Part shown: one piece after another, positions 25,925 through 38,056 of the stretch
Numbering within the stretch: position 1 is the stretch's first letter
Layout: each line of letters starts with the position of its first letter
Source of the DNA: the human T2T-CHM13v2.0 reference genome, Homo sapiens
Assembly: GCF_009914755.1 (NCBI RefSeq)
Contig: NC_060938.1
DNA length: 64,000 nucleotides
Direction: 5' to 3' (one strand)
Notes under the pieces: generated by a model
What the model was told of the DNA's origin: nothing
Database searches by the model: none
The model's input: only the letters and a program-made list of their open reading frames with translations
Made by a program: the position numbers and the translations under genes

Positions 25925-26250
25925 AATACCTAGTAGTAGTGGGACTTGCCTCTGGATACCCAGTAGTGATCCTGCCGCCTGTTTCTGGATATCCTACAGT
26001 AGCAATCCCACCTGTTTCTGGATATCCTACAGTAGTGATCCTGCCTGTTTCTGGATATCCTACAGTAGCAATCCCGCCTGTTTCTGGATATCCTACAGTA
26101 GTGATCCTGCCTGCTTCTGGATACCCAGAAGTGATCATGCCTGGTTCTAGATACCCAGTAGTGATTGTGTTTCCTCTAGATACCCAGTAGGTATTGTGCT
26201 TGCTTCTAGAGATGTAGTAGTAGCTGGACTTAGCTCTAGATACCCAGTGC
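25925..26250. repeat. Minisatellite with 30-bp and 33-bp units
   Basis: Core cctgtttctggatatcctacagtag(caatcccr/tgatcctg) x4, flanked by degenerate 30-bp units. Confidence 0.95.
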
Positions 26251-27321
26251 TCATCTCTAGACTGGGCTGAGATCAGTGTCTCCCTTGAAGGGTTATTGTA
26301 AGGATGAAAAAAGATAATGCGTTTAAAGCACTTGGTGTAGTAGGTGGTCTTTTTAAAAGTGTGAATAAATACTAGTTCTTATTATTTCTGTGGATATCCA
26401 ACAGCCACATAATTGGGCCCCAAAGCCATGAAGAAGGAAGAGGAAATGTCTTAAAGGTTGTCGATGGACAGTGTTTGCTGAACATCAAAATCACTTTCCA
26501 GGTATTACCTCTGATTTGCTCTACCAACTCCACACCCCACCTGCAGCCACATAACCTTCCATGATCACGGCCATGCACAACACACCATGTCCCCCAGGCA
26601 AGGGGACCTTAGAAACATAACCAGGCTTGAGACAGCACTCTGCACCGGTGTCTTGGAAATGCTCTTAAGAGTGTATGGCTGAGTTAGGGAACCAGGATTT
26701 CAAAGTAGAAAGGGAGAATCTACCCAAGCCCATAGAAATCCTGAATCCACTCCTTTCTCAGCAACAAGCACTGGCCTGGGAGTCAGCCACTTATGCACCA
26801 ACCCCACTCTGCCCCTAATTAAATGCATGACTTTGAAAATTCCCCTCATTCTTCTGAGCCCCAATTCAGTGATTGGTGCAATCACAGGCTTGGCTACAGT
26901 GACCCATTCATTGCAGGCATGGTGAGACTCTCAATCCCTCTCATTTCCACTAGAATCTAACTGTTGGGATCTATGACCCAGTCAGCATAGCAGGCCTGTG
27001 GGGAGCTCTCAGGTTCAAGCATATGCCCCCCCTAATCTACAAGAAATTAGCTGCAGAAAACCAAGGAATAGAACCTGGAAAAAGAGAGGGTTTGCTAGAG
27101 CTGTCCCTTTCCCTGTCTCTGGAATGCCAACAATAGGGAGGCTCTTTGGTCTTGTCTCTCAGGAGTGCCCATGCCATTCCAGGAAAATGATGGCCCAGCT
27201 GGTGGTGTAAGGCTTGGGGGGCAGCGAGTGGGCATCGTGGTGAAAGCCTCGGGATCAGGGAGCTGCGTCTGCAGGCAGGCCTGCTGGCCGGAAACCTGCC
27301 AGGAAAGGAAGGGGCTGTCTC

Positions 27322-27331
27322 GGGGCGGGGC
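27322..27331 (+). promoter_or_regulatory. SERPINA5: GC box (Sp1/KLF) in the TATA-less SERPINA5 promoter
   Basis: GGGGCGGGGC in a locally CpG-enriched G-rich patch ~130 nt upstream of a GTAAGT donor. Confidence 0.65.
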
Positions 27332-27384
27332 CAGGGAGGGGTGGAGACAGGGCCGGCTGTGGTCAGTGACAAATGCTGGCTGCA

Positions 27385-27461
27385 ATCCAGCCAGCCCTCT
27401 GCCCTTTCTGAGCCCGAGGGACTGCCACCTCCACTGTGTGCACACTCAGCTACGGGACACA
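27385..27461 (+). other. SERPINA5: SERPINA5 non-coding exon 1 (5' end approximate)
   Basis: Consensus donor aca|GTAAGT at 27462 downstream of the GC box. Confidence 0.65.
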
Positions 27462-27585
27462 GTAAGTACCGATGCCGCAAAGGGAGGTCCCCAGGGCTTG
27501 AGGGCATGTGAGGCGAGGAGAGGATGGACTCTAGAGTTTTGGGGTTTGGGGTCTGCAAAGCTCTGAAGGAGTCTCATCTCTGCAG

Positions 27586-27609
27586 TTTCAGGTATCCAAG
27601 GCAGCAGAG
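27586..27609 (+). other. SERPINA5: SERPINA5 24-nt non-coding micro-exon
   Basis: ctcatctctgcag|tttcaggtatccaaggcagcagag|GTGAGT. Confidence 0.6.
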
Positions 27610-27734
27610 GTGAGTGGGTCCCCCGAGCTCTGTGACCTTATGCTCCACACTAACTCTGGCAGAGCCTCCGTTTCCTCATAGGTAAGATGGAAATAATTAC
27701 ACCCTCTGGATGGTGTGACTGAAGATTAAATACA

Positions 27735-27922
27735 GCGGGTGCTCTCACTCAGCACATCTGGCCATGTCTGCAGACACATTTGGTTGCCACAACTGGAAGG
27801 GGGGTGGGGGTTAGTGACATCTAGAGGCCAGCGATGCTGCTGATGATCCCACAATGCCCAGGACAAGATCACAAAGCATCATCCTGTTCAAAAGGTCAAC
27901 AGGATCAAGGTTGAGAGACCCT
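27735..27922. mobile_element. MER20-like DNA transposon relic
   Basis: atgtctgcagacacatttggttgccacaactgg...catctagaggccagcgatgctgc...aaggttgagagaccctg. Confidence 0.65.
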
Positions 27923-30900
27923 GAAATAAGGCCATGGGGACAAAATGTCGGCTGGATAGGAGGTGCTCAGTAAGTGGCAGCTTCTGTTGTTTTCTGTGCC
28001 TGGAGTCTTGGGGCTTTAGAAATCAGGAACAATGATCCAATATTATCGGCTTCCGTGAGATAAGGGCATCTTGCCTGGAGGCTGCCACCCAGGCCGGTCA
28101 TGGCAGCTGCTCATGAAGGACAGTAACAATTTGGCAGTTTGTTAAATGAACAAAATGTAGAAATAAAGTAAGCAGAATTTTTAGTTTTTCTGAAGGTAGG
28201 GCTTTTGGCCAGATATGCAGCAATAAAAGAGCAAACTGCTTCCTTGGGCCAGTGTCCTTGCTCATAGATCAGGAAACCGAAGCATGAAGAATACAGGCGG
28301 CAGATGCCTGAAGGTAACGGACGTGTTCATGGTGCTGACGGTGATGATAAGTGACAGATGTAGACTCATCTCCAAACTTGTCAGGTTATAGACATTAAAT
28401 ATGTGCAACTTTATGAATAGCAGTCATGTCTCAATCAAGTGGTTTTAATAAAGAAATAATAGGAAGCCAGAGCTGAGAGACAGGGAGGGAGTTGTTCAAG
28501 GTCACCTGGCAAGTGAGCTCCGGGGCGGGGAGAGCTCAGCTCTGGGTGGCCAGCCTGGCTTTTTCCACTGCTCAGTGTCCAGCTTGCAGTCTAATGTCTC
28601 TGAATTACAGAGAAGGAGACTGGTCAGTTCATTCATTCATTCATTCTACAAAGGTTTATGGAGCATCTCTCCTGACTGCAAGCTCTTGAAGGTGAGAGCA
28701 GCACAAATGAGGGTCCCATGGAGAGAGAGGCCGGAATGAAAAATGTCAATGACAAATGCATATATAAAGGCACATGTGTAATTGAAAGAGCTTTGAGAGA
28801 AAGAGTCAAGGGACTGTTCCAGAGAATAGCCATGGAAGGGGAAAAGGTCCAGTGTGATAAGGTATTGCAAAGAAGTGACATTTAAGCAAAAGCCTGCAGC
28901 CTATGCAGAAGTTGGCCTCAGTGAGAAAGGTTGGGGGAGGGTTCCAGTAGAGAGGGAAGGTATGCAAAGGCCCAGAGTTAGGACAGAACTTGCTGTGTTT
29001 GAGAAACTGGGAAAAGAAGAGTGAGCCTGGGGGTATCACGTGATCCAGGGCAGAGCAGGTCCAGGCCAGGTGCAGCCAGGTCACAGCAGCCCTAGTGGGT
29101 TAGAGCACAAATCAAAGTTTAGCATTTATCTGAAACACAGGAGTTGGCCATGAGTTTCTTAGGCGAGGAAGCGCTGTGACCATATTTATGATTGAAGGAG
29201 ATTCTTTTATATGCTGTATATAGAAAGCCTTTCAGGGCAAAGAAAGGAAGCTACTGGGGTAGCCCTGGGGGAGATGAAGGGAGCTTCCACTGGGGGCAGT
29301 AAGAAAGCCAGGGAAAGGCGGCAGCTTTAAGACCTGTTTTGGAGATAGAACGGACAAGCTTTGCTGATGGGCTGGAGTGGAACAGGAAGTCAAGATTACT
29401 TCTTCTGGGAAGTTCTGTTCCTGGGTCTTTAGGATCTAGAGGAAGCTGTGACTTTGTCTCTCATCTCTGCCTGGGCTCCAAGCCTCACATCCCTTTTTGT
29501 AATTAGAAGATATTGGACAGACCGTCCTCACTAACACAATTCCCACAGCTGAGTCCAGGGTAGAACTGGGCAGGACTTCACTGCCCAACACGGGAAATAT
29601 CAGTCAGCAGATTTGGGTTTCGGGGATGGTGGTGGGCCAGCGGGAAGACTGACCAGGGCCTACCCATCACATCCCCACCACCTCCCACCTCAATTCACCT
29701 TGGCCTGAGATGACAGGTGAACATGACTGATCCTCTCTCTTCCCTCTGCAGAAACACTAAAGCCAGGGACCAGGAGAGGGGCAGCCCAACCAAGCTTTCA
29801 AAGCACTCAGTAGAGGCTGGTCTGGGGGATGGGAGGCTCCCAGGGCTTCACCTGTCTCTGTCAAAGCCATGTATTTCCACCAGAGGCCCAAGAGTGCGAT
29901 GGCAAACCCTGGATTTGAAACTAAGAAACGTAAAACAAGCACTGAGGACTCCACTGCCTCTTGAGTGACCTCTCTGACCCTCTGTTTCTTCTGCACTGTT
30001 AGGATAATGATACTAACTCCATGTTGTTGTAGAGAAGTATAAATGAGCTAATACAGGTGAACCGCCTGGGGATACCAGGAGGTGAGGTCGAGGAGGAACG
30101 AGGTATCACTCCTCAGAGCCACTCAGAGAGAGGCTGTGCACGAGTCAGAGGAACCTGGATTTTAATTCCGGTTCCATCACTCAGTAGCTGAAACAAGCTA
30201 TTCCACTTCACTTAGCCTCAGTCTATTCAATCTGTAAAATAGAGTGAGTTTACTTTTGGAAAACTCTGTAAAATAGAGAGCTTACTTTTGGTGAAGGTTA
30301 AACATAGTAATATTTATGGAGTGTCTAGTATGTCTTTAATAATTAGTGGTTTTACTGAAAAGTAGAGAGAGTTGGCCCAGAGGGAGCAAGATTTCTGGGT
30401 CTCAAACATGTAGCCCAGGAGAGCCTAAGTGAACCTGGGGCCCTCTCCAAACAGATCCTGGGGGAGACTCAGTGCACACCCGGAGAAGCAGCTCCTCCCC
30501 ATCGGATCTCTAGTGCTTGGCAGGGGGCGGGGTCTTGAGGGGGTGTCCACAACACATGGCAGACTGCAGATGAAGAAACTGAGGCCCAGAGGGGGTGAGG
30601 CTTGCCCAGGGTGACCTAGTAGCTGAATAGATGGGAGAATGGAGGCCAGGGCCTCACTGAGACTCTCTGGTCAGCTGCCCCTGGGCTGTATCCAATAAGG
30701 AAACTCCCCTGCTTCTGAAGCTGTTCTCGAAATTATCAGCTCAGTGTGACCCTGTGGGGGGTTGAGCCACATTGTTTCTTTAGAAGCATCTCCATACATG
30801 GCTGGTTCCAACCCTTGGCAGGAGGGACCATATTGTGCTGTAAAATAGACTCATTTAGAGAAGCCGGAGATTAAAGCACCCACCTATGTCCTTCAAAGCT

Positions 30901-31732
30901 CTCCAGGCAAGTGCCATGGTGGGAACAGGTAGGGAGTGTCAGTGGGGGGAAGCCCAGACTCTGCTCACTCATTATCTGCAGATTAGGGCTATTGTTGGTG
31001 GCTACTAAGTCAGGGATTTCAAAATCAGGAAGATGCAGCCAGGAAAAGAGGAGGCAGGACTCTGCAGAGGAGGCAGGACTCTGCAGAGTCAGAGTGATAA
31101 CCGAGTCTGAGTCCAAGCTTTGCCAGTGTTAGCAAGCGACTCCATCTCTCTGAACCTCGGATTACCCATCTGTAAAATAGAGCTAGCAGCAAGATGTACC
31201 TTTTTGGGTGGTGCAGGGCTGAAGGAGTTGGCACAGTGCCTGAAAGAGGGTGCGGGCAATGCGCCCAACTGCTGTGGCTGCTGGGTTTGGTGCCAGGTTC
31301 GATTCTGCAGGCAGAAACTTCTACATGAGGCTCCTTCTCGGAAGGAGCTCAGGACACAATTTGGAGGCTGGGCTGGCAAGGGTGACCTGCTGGAGCTATT
31401 CAACTTCACTTAAAGACAGGCCTGCAGTCCAAGCCTGCCCAATTCCTGAGACCATTCTCTCTCCACTGCTGAGCCCCACGGCCACTCTGCAAGGGATTTC
31501 CCACCCACCTGTTTGGGGCCCTTTGGAGTTTGGTTTTAATTGGGTCACGGGATGCTGTGACAGGCTGCCCCTGCCTGGTGGGGATCTGGGGTCACTGATG
31601 ACATTGTGCCCATGGAGAGAGCCCAGCAGAAAGGGATTCCCTCCAAGGCGACACACAGGGCAAAGCTCACATCAGAAGCCAGGCAGGCCCTCTGCACCTG
31701 GTAATTAGCCGGCCCGGGTGCTGTCAGGCTCA

Positions 31733-31735
<3 letters not shown>

Positions 31736-31789
<54 letters not shown>
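31736..31789. repeat. (GT)~27 microsatellite
   Basis: Direct reading. Confidence 0.97.
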
Positions 31790-31792
<3 letters not shown>

Positions 31793-32252
31793 GCATGTAC
31801 CCTATGGTACAGTTGAGAATATGGAGGCCTCAGATGGGGCTTTTGCCAGAAACTGCCATGCCTACTGCTCACACTTCCATAGCACGTGCCCCCAAGCACC
31901 CCATGGTGTAGGTGCTGTTATTATCACTATCTTACAGTTATGGAGCAGTGGCTCAAGGTGTAACTGATTTGCCCAAAATCACACTACAAGGACACAGCAG
32001 GGCTGAGATTTGAACCCAGGCAGTGGCTTCAGAGCCTGAGCTGTTTCCTACTGCAGAGGGAGGAGGCAAGACTTCTACCCGTAGCCAGATGGGGAGGCAT
32101 GGGCACAGGAACGGCTCTTGGGTGAAGTGGAGGGAGGAAGAGGAGGACTGAAGGCGAAGGCCACGTCAGGAGTGATGGGATACCCCACAAAGGCCTCCCT
32201 GAGAAGCGCTAGAGACAAAGATGAGTGCCTCCTCATCTGGAAGATGAAAAGA

Positions 32253-32645
32253 TGTCTTTGCCTGCATGGGCTGCCGTCACAAAGTCCCAGGGGCTAGGGG
32301 GCTTCAACAACAGAAATTTCTTTCTTTACAACTCTGGAAGCTGGAAGTCTGAGATTAAGGCACCAGCAGGATTTGTTCCTTCCAAGGCCCCTCTCCTTGG
32401 CTCACAGGTGGCTGCCTTCTCCCTGTCTTCACCTGGTCTTCCCTCTGTGCATGTCTCTATCCTGATCTCCTCTTTTTAATTTTTGTGTAAGGACGTAGTC
32501 ATATTGGGTTGGGGCCCACTCTAGTGACCTCATTCTAACTCAGTCCCCTCTTTAAAAGCCCTATCTCCAGATATAGTCACATTCTGGGGTATTGAAGGTA
32601 AGGACTTCAGTATATGCATTTTGGGGGCACAATTCAGCCAGAACA
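32253..32645 (-). mobile_element. MaLR (MLT1-type) LTR
   Basis: ggcttcaacaacagaaatt...ctggaagctggaagtctgagattaagg...ggggcacaattcagcc. Confidence 0.7.
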
Positions 32646-33347
32646 GGAGGACGGTGGGGATGTCCACATGAAGAGGTTCAGGCAGAATTCCTTTAGGAGG
32701 GGAAGATGTCTCTCTGTGGGACAAGGGTGGCATGGAGCAGCCCCTGGGGGAAGGAGAAGGGGACAGTTTGCATACTGGTATTCTGCCTACCCCAGGGTGG
32801 ACACTCACTCAGCGTTTGCTGAATGAACAGGGCAAGGCCAGCAGTGCTGATGGTCCCAGGCATGTAGCTGGTCTGAGTTCATAGAAGGACCACAGCGCCC
32901 TGCCATGTGCCAAACCAGGACACCAGAGTGAAGGCCAGAAGCTCACATGGAAGCAGCTTAGTTCCCTGGTAACCTCGAGATGCTGATGAGACAGAGCAGA
33001 GCAGAGGGAACCCTCTCCCTCCATATCCCATCCTCCAAAATGTGTCCCTTGATGTGGATGGGTAGACAGGATTCCTGCCCTGGCAGCCAGACCCCTGCCT
33101 TGGGTCTGCACCTCCTCTCCCTCCTTCCTCTCCCCGTCATCCCTAAATCTTGTCCTCGAGCCACTGCCACCCTGTGTAAACCCTCATGTCCAGTCTTGGG
33201 GGTGCCATCCCTTCTCTTTAAAGCTGAATGGACCAAACATACCCATTGAGTGTTGGGTGGGGACATCTCTGGAAAGTCAGCACCTGGACCAGCTCCACCC
33301 CTCTCTGAGGACACCTTCTTTCCCTTTCAGAACAAAGAACAGCCACC

Positions 33348-33966
33348 ATGCAGCTCTTCCTCCTCTTGTGCCTGGTGCTTCTCAGCCCTCAGGGGGCCTC
33401 CCTTCACCGCCACCACCCCCGGGAGATGAAGAAGAGAGTCGAGGACCTCCATGTAGGTGCCACGGTGGCCCCCAGCAGCAGAAGGGACTTTACCTTTGAC
33501 CTCTACAGGGCCTTGGCTTCCGCTGCCCCCAGCCAGAACATCTTCTTCTCCCCTGTGAGCATCTCCATGAGCCTGGCCATGCTCTCCCTGGGGGCTGGGT
33601 CCAGCACAAAGATGCAGATCCTGGAGGGCCTGGGCCTCAACCTCCAGAAAAGCTCAGAGAAGGAGCTGCACAGAGGCTTTCAGCAGCTCCTTCAGGAACT
33701 CAACCAGCCCAGAGATGGCTTCCAGCTGAGCCTCGGCAATGCCCTTTTCACCGACCTGGTGGTAGACCTGCAGGACACCTTCGTAAGTGCCATGAAGACG
33801 CTGTACCTGGCAGACACTTTCCCCACCAACTTTAGGGACTCTGCAGGGGCCATGAAGCAGATCAATGATTATGTGGCAAAGCAAACGAAGGGCAAGATTG
33901 TGGACTTGCTTAAGAACCTCGATAGCAATGCGGTCGTGATCATGGTGAATTACATCTTCTTTAAAG
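33348..33966 (+). CDS. SERPINA5: Protein C inhibitor (plasma serine protease inhibitor), coding exon 1 (exon starts at 33331)
   Basis: gccaccATG; MQLFLLLCLVLLSPQGASLHRHHPREMKKR; NIFFSPVSIS; MVNYIFFK G|gtaag; 619 nt, phase 1. Confidence 0.98.
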
Positions 33967-34650
33967 GTAAGGCCCTTGGGCCCAAACCTGCACTTTCTTT
34001 GGCTTTTCTGCTGCTTTTATCTAAAGAATACCCAATTCCCTCACATACATAAAAGACGGGGAGTACGTTAAGTTCTTTTGGGTGCCTGTTGAGAAAAATT
34101 AAGTAAACAAGCAGCCAGAGAAGGTAAGATGAATGCCTTCTTGCTGTGGATGGGATTAGTGAGGCTGAGATGCTGTTTCCTCCACGGAGGAAGAGCTGGT
34201 TGCTGTCTTCGGGCCCCTGGGGACATCTGAAGCCCCAGCTTTCTACAGGCTCTGAAGTATGAACCCATTGTGGCCACCATGGCAAAGACACCAACACCTT
34301 AGCCACTCAGGGCAGGACACAGACCCCAGAAGGGCTTAAAGGGCATTTCCCAGTCCCCCGTATCCCTCAGATCTTGGCCCCTCTGCCCTCATAGAGGCCA
34401 AGACTCCCTCAGACAAATGCTTGTTCCTCTGAAATGCCTCCTCCTGACTCCTCAGCAAGAGCTGACCTCTGCTTATCTCCCCGACACTCCTTGTAAGCAT
34501 TCCTGCTCGCCTCTGCAGCTCCTGCCAGTTGCTGACCCTGGGGAAAGCAAGAGTGGATAGAGAGGAGAAGAGAGGAGAGGAGAGGGTGGGAAGGGTTGCG
34601 AAGGAAGGTAAATTGTTAACACCTCCCCTTCCTATGGTCACAGATCATGA

Positions 34651-35000
34651 GTATCTTTGGCCATTTGGGTGGCTATAACAAAATACCATAAACTGGGTGG
34701 CTTAGCAACAACAAACATATATTTCTCATAGTTCTGGAGGCTGAGAAGTCCAGGATCAAGGCACTGGCAGATGCAGTGCCCATTCCTTGGTTCATAGAGA
34801 GTGCCTTCTTAGTATATCCTTGCTGGAAGGAGGAAGGCAGCTCTCTGTGGTCTCTTTTGTAAGGACACCGATCCTGTTCATGACAGCTCCACCCCCATGA
34901 CCTAATCAACTCCCAAAGGCCCCCTGTCCTAATACCACCACCTTGGGGGTTAGGTTTCAACATATGAACAATGTGGGGACACAAACATTGAGACCACAGC
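34651..35000 (-). mobile_element. MaLR (MLT1A/MST-type) LTR
   Basis: ggctataacaaaataccataaactgggtggctt...ttctcatagttctggaggctgagaagtcc...ggggacacaaacatt. Confidence 0.75.
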
Positions 35001-35149
35001 AGTGAGTGTCGAACTTGGACTCTGAGATTTCCTATCCCCTGGTGCAGGGCAGTCCCCATTACACCAGATTGCTGAGGGCAGCTGGGAAATAAGCTAAGGA
35101 CGGTATTGACTGGGGTCTTCCTTCGATAACGATTAAGAAGTTGGAAACA

Positions 35150-35483
<334 letters not shown>

Positions 35484-36025
35484 AAGAAGTTGGAAACAAT
35501 CACTTGTAGCGTTTTGTTCAGAAGTTCCCATAGGAAGGTCAGAGAAGGGTCATTGAAGACTTCCCAATGGGAAAAACCATTCATTTCCAGGATCCATACT
35601 AACTTCTTTCTAAAATTTAAATCAAAATATTGGAATGAAAGTGCAAACAGAGAAGTTCACCCAGATATCAGGTAGCATTCACAGCCAGCCACATTTTTCA
35701 CCCTCTTCACTTGGAGATTTGGTCTTGAGTAAAACGTTAGAGAATCAGAGAACATCAGGGATCCAGGGCCTCTGAAGATGTGAAAACCAACCTCCTTGTT
35801 TTGCAAATGTGGAAGGAAAAGTCCCACGAAAAGTCCAAGAATGTGCCCAATGTTATAAAGAGACTTGCCTTCATATTCAAGAGGTTCAACAGTCACTGCT
35901 CTGGGGCTGCCATAAAGATGGTCTCCGCTGGCTATCTTTACTGTCTTCACTCCTTTTATTTGCAGCTGAGAATTTCTAATTCTGACACAAAATTCTTTTT
36001 CATTTTTCCCTTTTTTCATCTTTAG

Positions 36026-36296
36026 CTAAGTGGGAGACAAGCTTCAACCACAAAGGCACCCAAGAGCAAGACTTCTACGTGACCTCGGAGACTGTGGTGC
36101 GGGTACCCATGATGAGCCGCGAGGATCAGTATCACTACCTCCTGGACCGGAACCTCTCCTGCAGGGTGGTGGGGGTCCCCTACCAAGGCAATGCCACGGC
36201 TTTGTTCATTCTCCCCAGTGAGGGAAAGATGCAGCAGGTGGAGAATGGACTGAGTGAGAAAACGCTGAGGAAGTGGCTTAAGATGTTCAAAAAGAG
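36026..36296 (+). CDS. SERPINA5: Protein C inhibitor, coding exon 2 (includes the basic helix H, KTLRKWLKMFKK)
   Basis: tttag|(A)KWETSF...VRVPMM...FILP...FKK AG|gtac; 271 nt, ends phase 2. Confidence 0.97.
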
Positions 36297-36733
36297 GTAC
36301 TTTCAGACTACCCCAGGGCCAGCCTAAACCCACACAGCCCCAGGGAGACACACACGCCCTACCAGGGCCACACAGCACTGGTGGGAAGGACTCACCCAGC
36401 CAAGGAGCTGCCTCCAGGCCCAGAGGCATCCTGTGACATCCAAGTCCTGGGGGCCTAGCCCAGTTGGAGGGACAAGAGCTGGAAACTGGGTTCCTTAGGG
36501 TGGTGCCAGAGTGGGCAGAGACCTCTGGGCAGCCCACGTCCAAGTCCAGAGCAAGGGGAGGCTCATCCTAGAAAAGAGGCCAGAGGAGCCATAACCACCA
36601 TTGTTCCTTGGGTTAAGGAGTCCTTTTTTAAAACCATCAAAACTAAGAATCCAGTGCATTATGAATCCAAGGGGTGAGGCTCAGTGTGCCAATGCCCCAG
36701 AACAGTCTAAGAAAGCTCCTTTTCCCTTTCCAG

Positions 36734-36881
36734 GCAGCTCGAGCTTTACCTTCCCAAATTCTCCATTGAGGGCTCCTATCAGCTGGAGAAAGTCCTCCCC
36801 AGTCTGGGGATCAGTAACGTCTTCACCTCCCATGCTGATCTGTCCGGCATCAGCAACCACTCAAATATCCAGGTGTCTGAG
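36734..36881 (+). CDS. SERPINA5: Protein C inhibitor, coding exon 3
   Basis: tccag|(R)QLELYLPKFSIEGSY...ADLSGISNHSNIQVSE|gtgggt; 148 nt, ends phase 0. Confidence 0.97.
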
Positions 36882-36917
36882 GTGGGTTCAGAAGCTCCTA
36901 TGCATCTGCTTCCCAAG

Positions 36918-37613
36918 ATCTATTCTGTTCTATTCTTTCTATTCTACTCTACCCCATTTCATTCCATTCCATTCCACTCAACTCCACTCCACTCCACTCC
37001 ACTCCAGTTCACTCTATTCAATTCCACTCCACTCCAGTTCACTCTATTCAATTCCACTCCACTCCACTCCAGTTCACTCTATTCAGTTCCACTCCACTCC
37101 ACTCCACTCCAGTTCACTCTATTCCATTCCACTCCATTCCACTCCTCCACTCCTCTCATCCACTCCACTCTACTCCTCCACTCCACATCTCCACTCCACT
37201 CCTCCACTCCACTCCTCCACTCCACTCATCCACTCCACTCCTCCACTCCACTCCTCCACTCCACTCCTCCACTCCACTCCACTCATCCACTCCACTCTTC
37301 CATTCCACTCCATTCCACTCCTCCACTCCACTCTTCCACTCCACTCCATTCCACTCCTCCACTCCACTCCACTCTATTCTATTCTATTCCATTCCATTCT
37401 ACTCTATTCTATTCCATTCCATTGCAGTCAACTCCACTCCACTCTCTACTATTCTATTCCACTCCTCTCCCCTCCACTCCATTCCATTGCAGTCCACTCC
37501 ACTGCACTCCACTCCTTTATTCTGTTCTGTTCTATTCTATTCTATTCTATTCTATTCTATTCTATTCTATTCTATTCTATTCTATTCTATTCTATTCTAT
37601 TCTATTCTATTCT
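36918..37613. repeat. ~700-bp pentamer array (CCACT/CCATT/CTATT) ending in pure (TCTAT)16
   Basis: Direct reading; (TCTAT)16 at 37531-37610. Confidence 0.97.
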
Positions 37614-38056
37614 CTCCCTCTCCCTCTCTTTTCCCACAAGTAGTGAAAGTTTCACTTTGTGTCTTATCCTTCATGTAATGGGAAGCCATATCCACCACTG
37701 TTCCTTGAGTTAAGGAGTCCTGTTTTAAACAATCAAAACTAAGAAGGCACTTCCTAGCTATGTGATCTCCAAAAAATACTTGACTCTCTGAGCTTCCTTT
37801 CTCTCTTCTATAAAATTGAAGAATTACACCTTGCTCAAAGATGCCATGAGAATTCAATGACAGACACATGCGAAGTCACCCCCCAGCACAGTGCCTGGGG
37901 CAGAGTAGCTGCTCCATTGTTCCATTTCCTACTTGCTCCATGGCTCAGTTGAACAGATACTTAGAGGTTGATGCCCATAGGCAGAAGCTTTGCCATTTGC
38001 TATGATGACTTCACCTGCCCCTGGTGGCCTGGTGATGCCTGGTGTCTCCCCTGCAG

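Noticed and set aside
25925-26250. CRISPR-like appearance of regular ~33-bp repeats
   Set aside because: The units are contiguous with no unique spacers, the DNA is human, and there are no cas genes
27373-33350. N-terminal extension for SERPINA5 like those of SERPINA4 and SERPINA3
   Set aside because: The only nearby upstream ATG (27373) is out of frame with the spliced CDS and stops within exon 1
36601-37713. 370-aa and 256-aa ORFs rich in STPLH/LFYSI
   Set aside because: They are read-through of the stop-poor pentamer array and overlap the real exon out of frame
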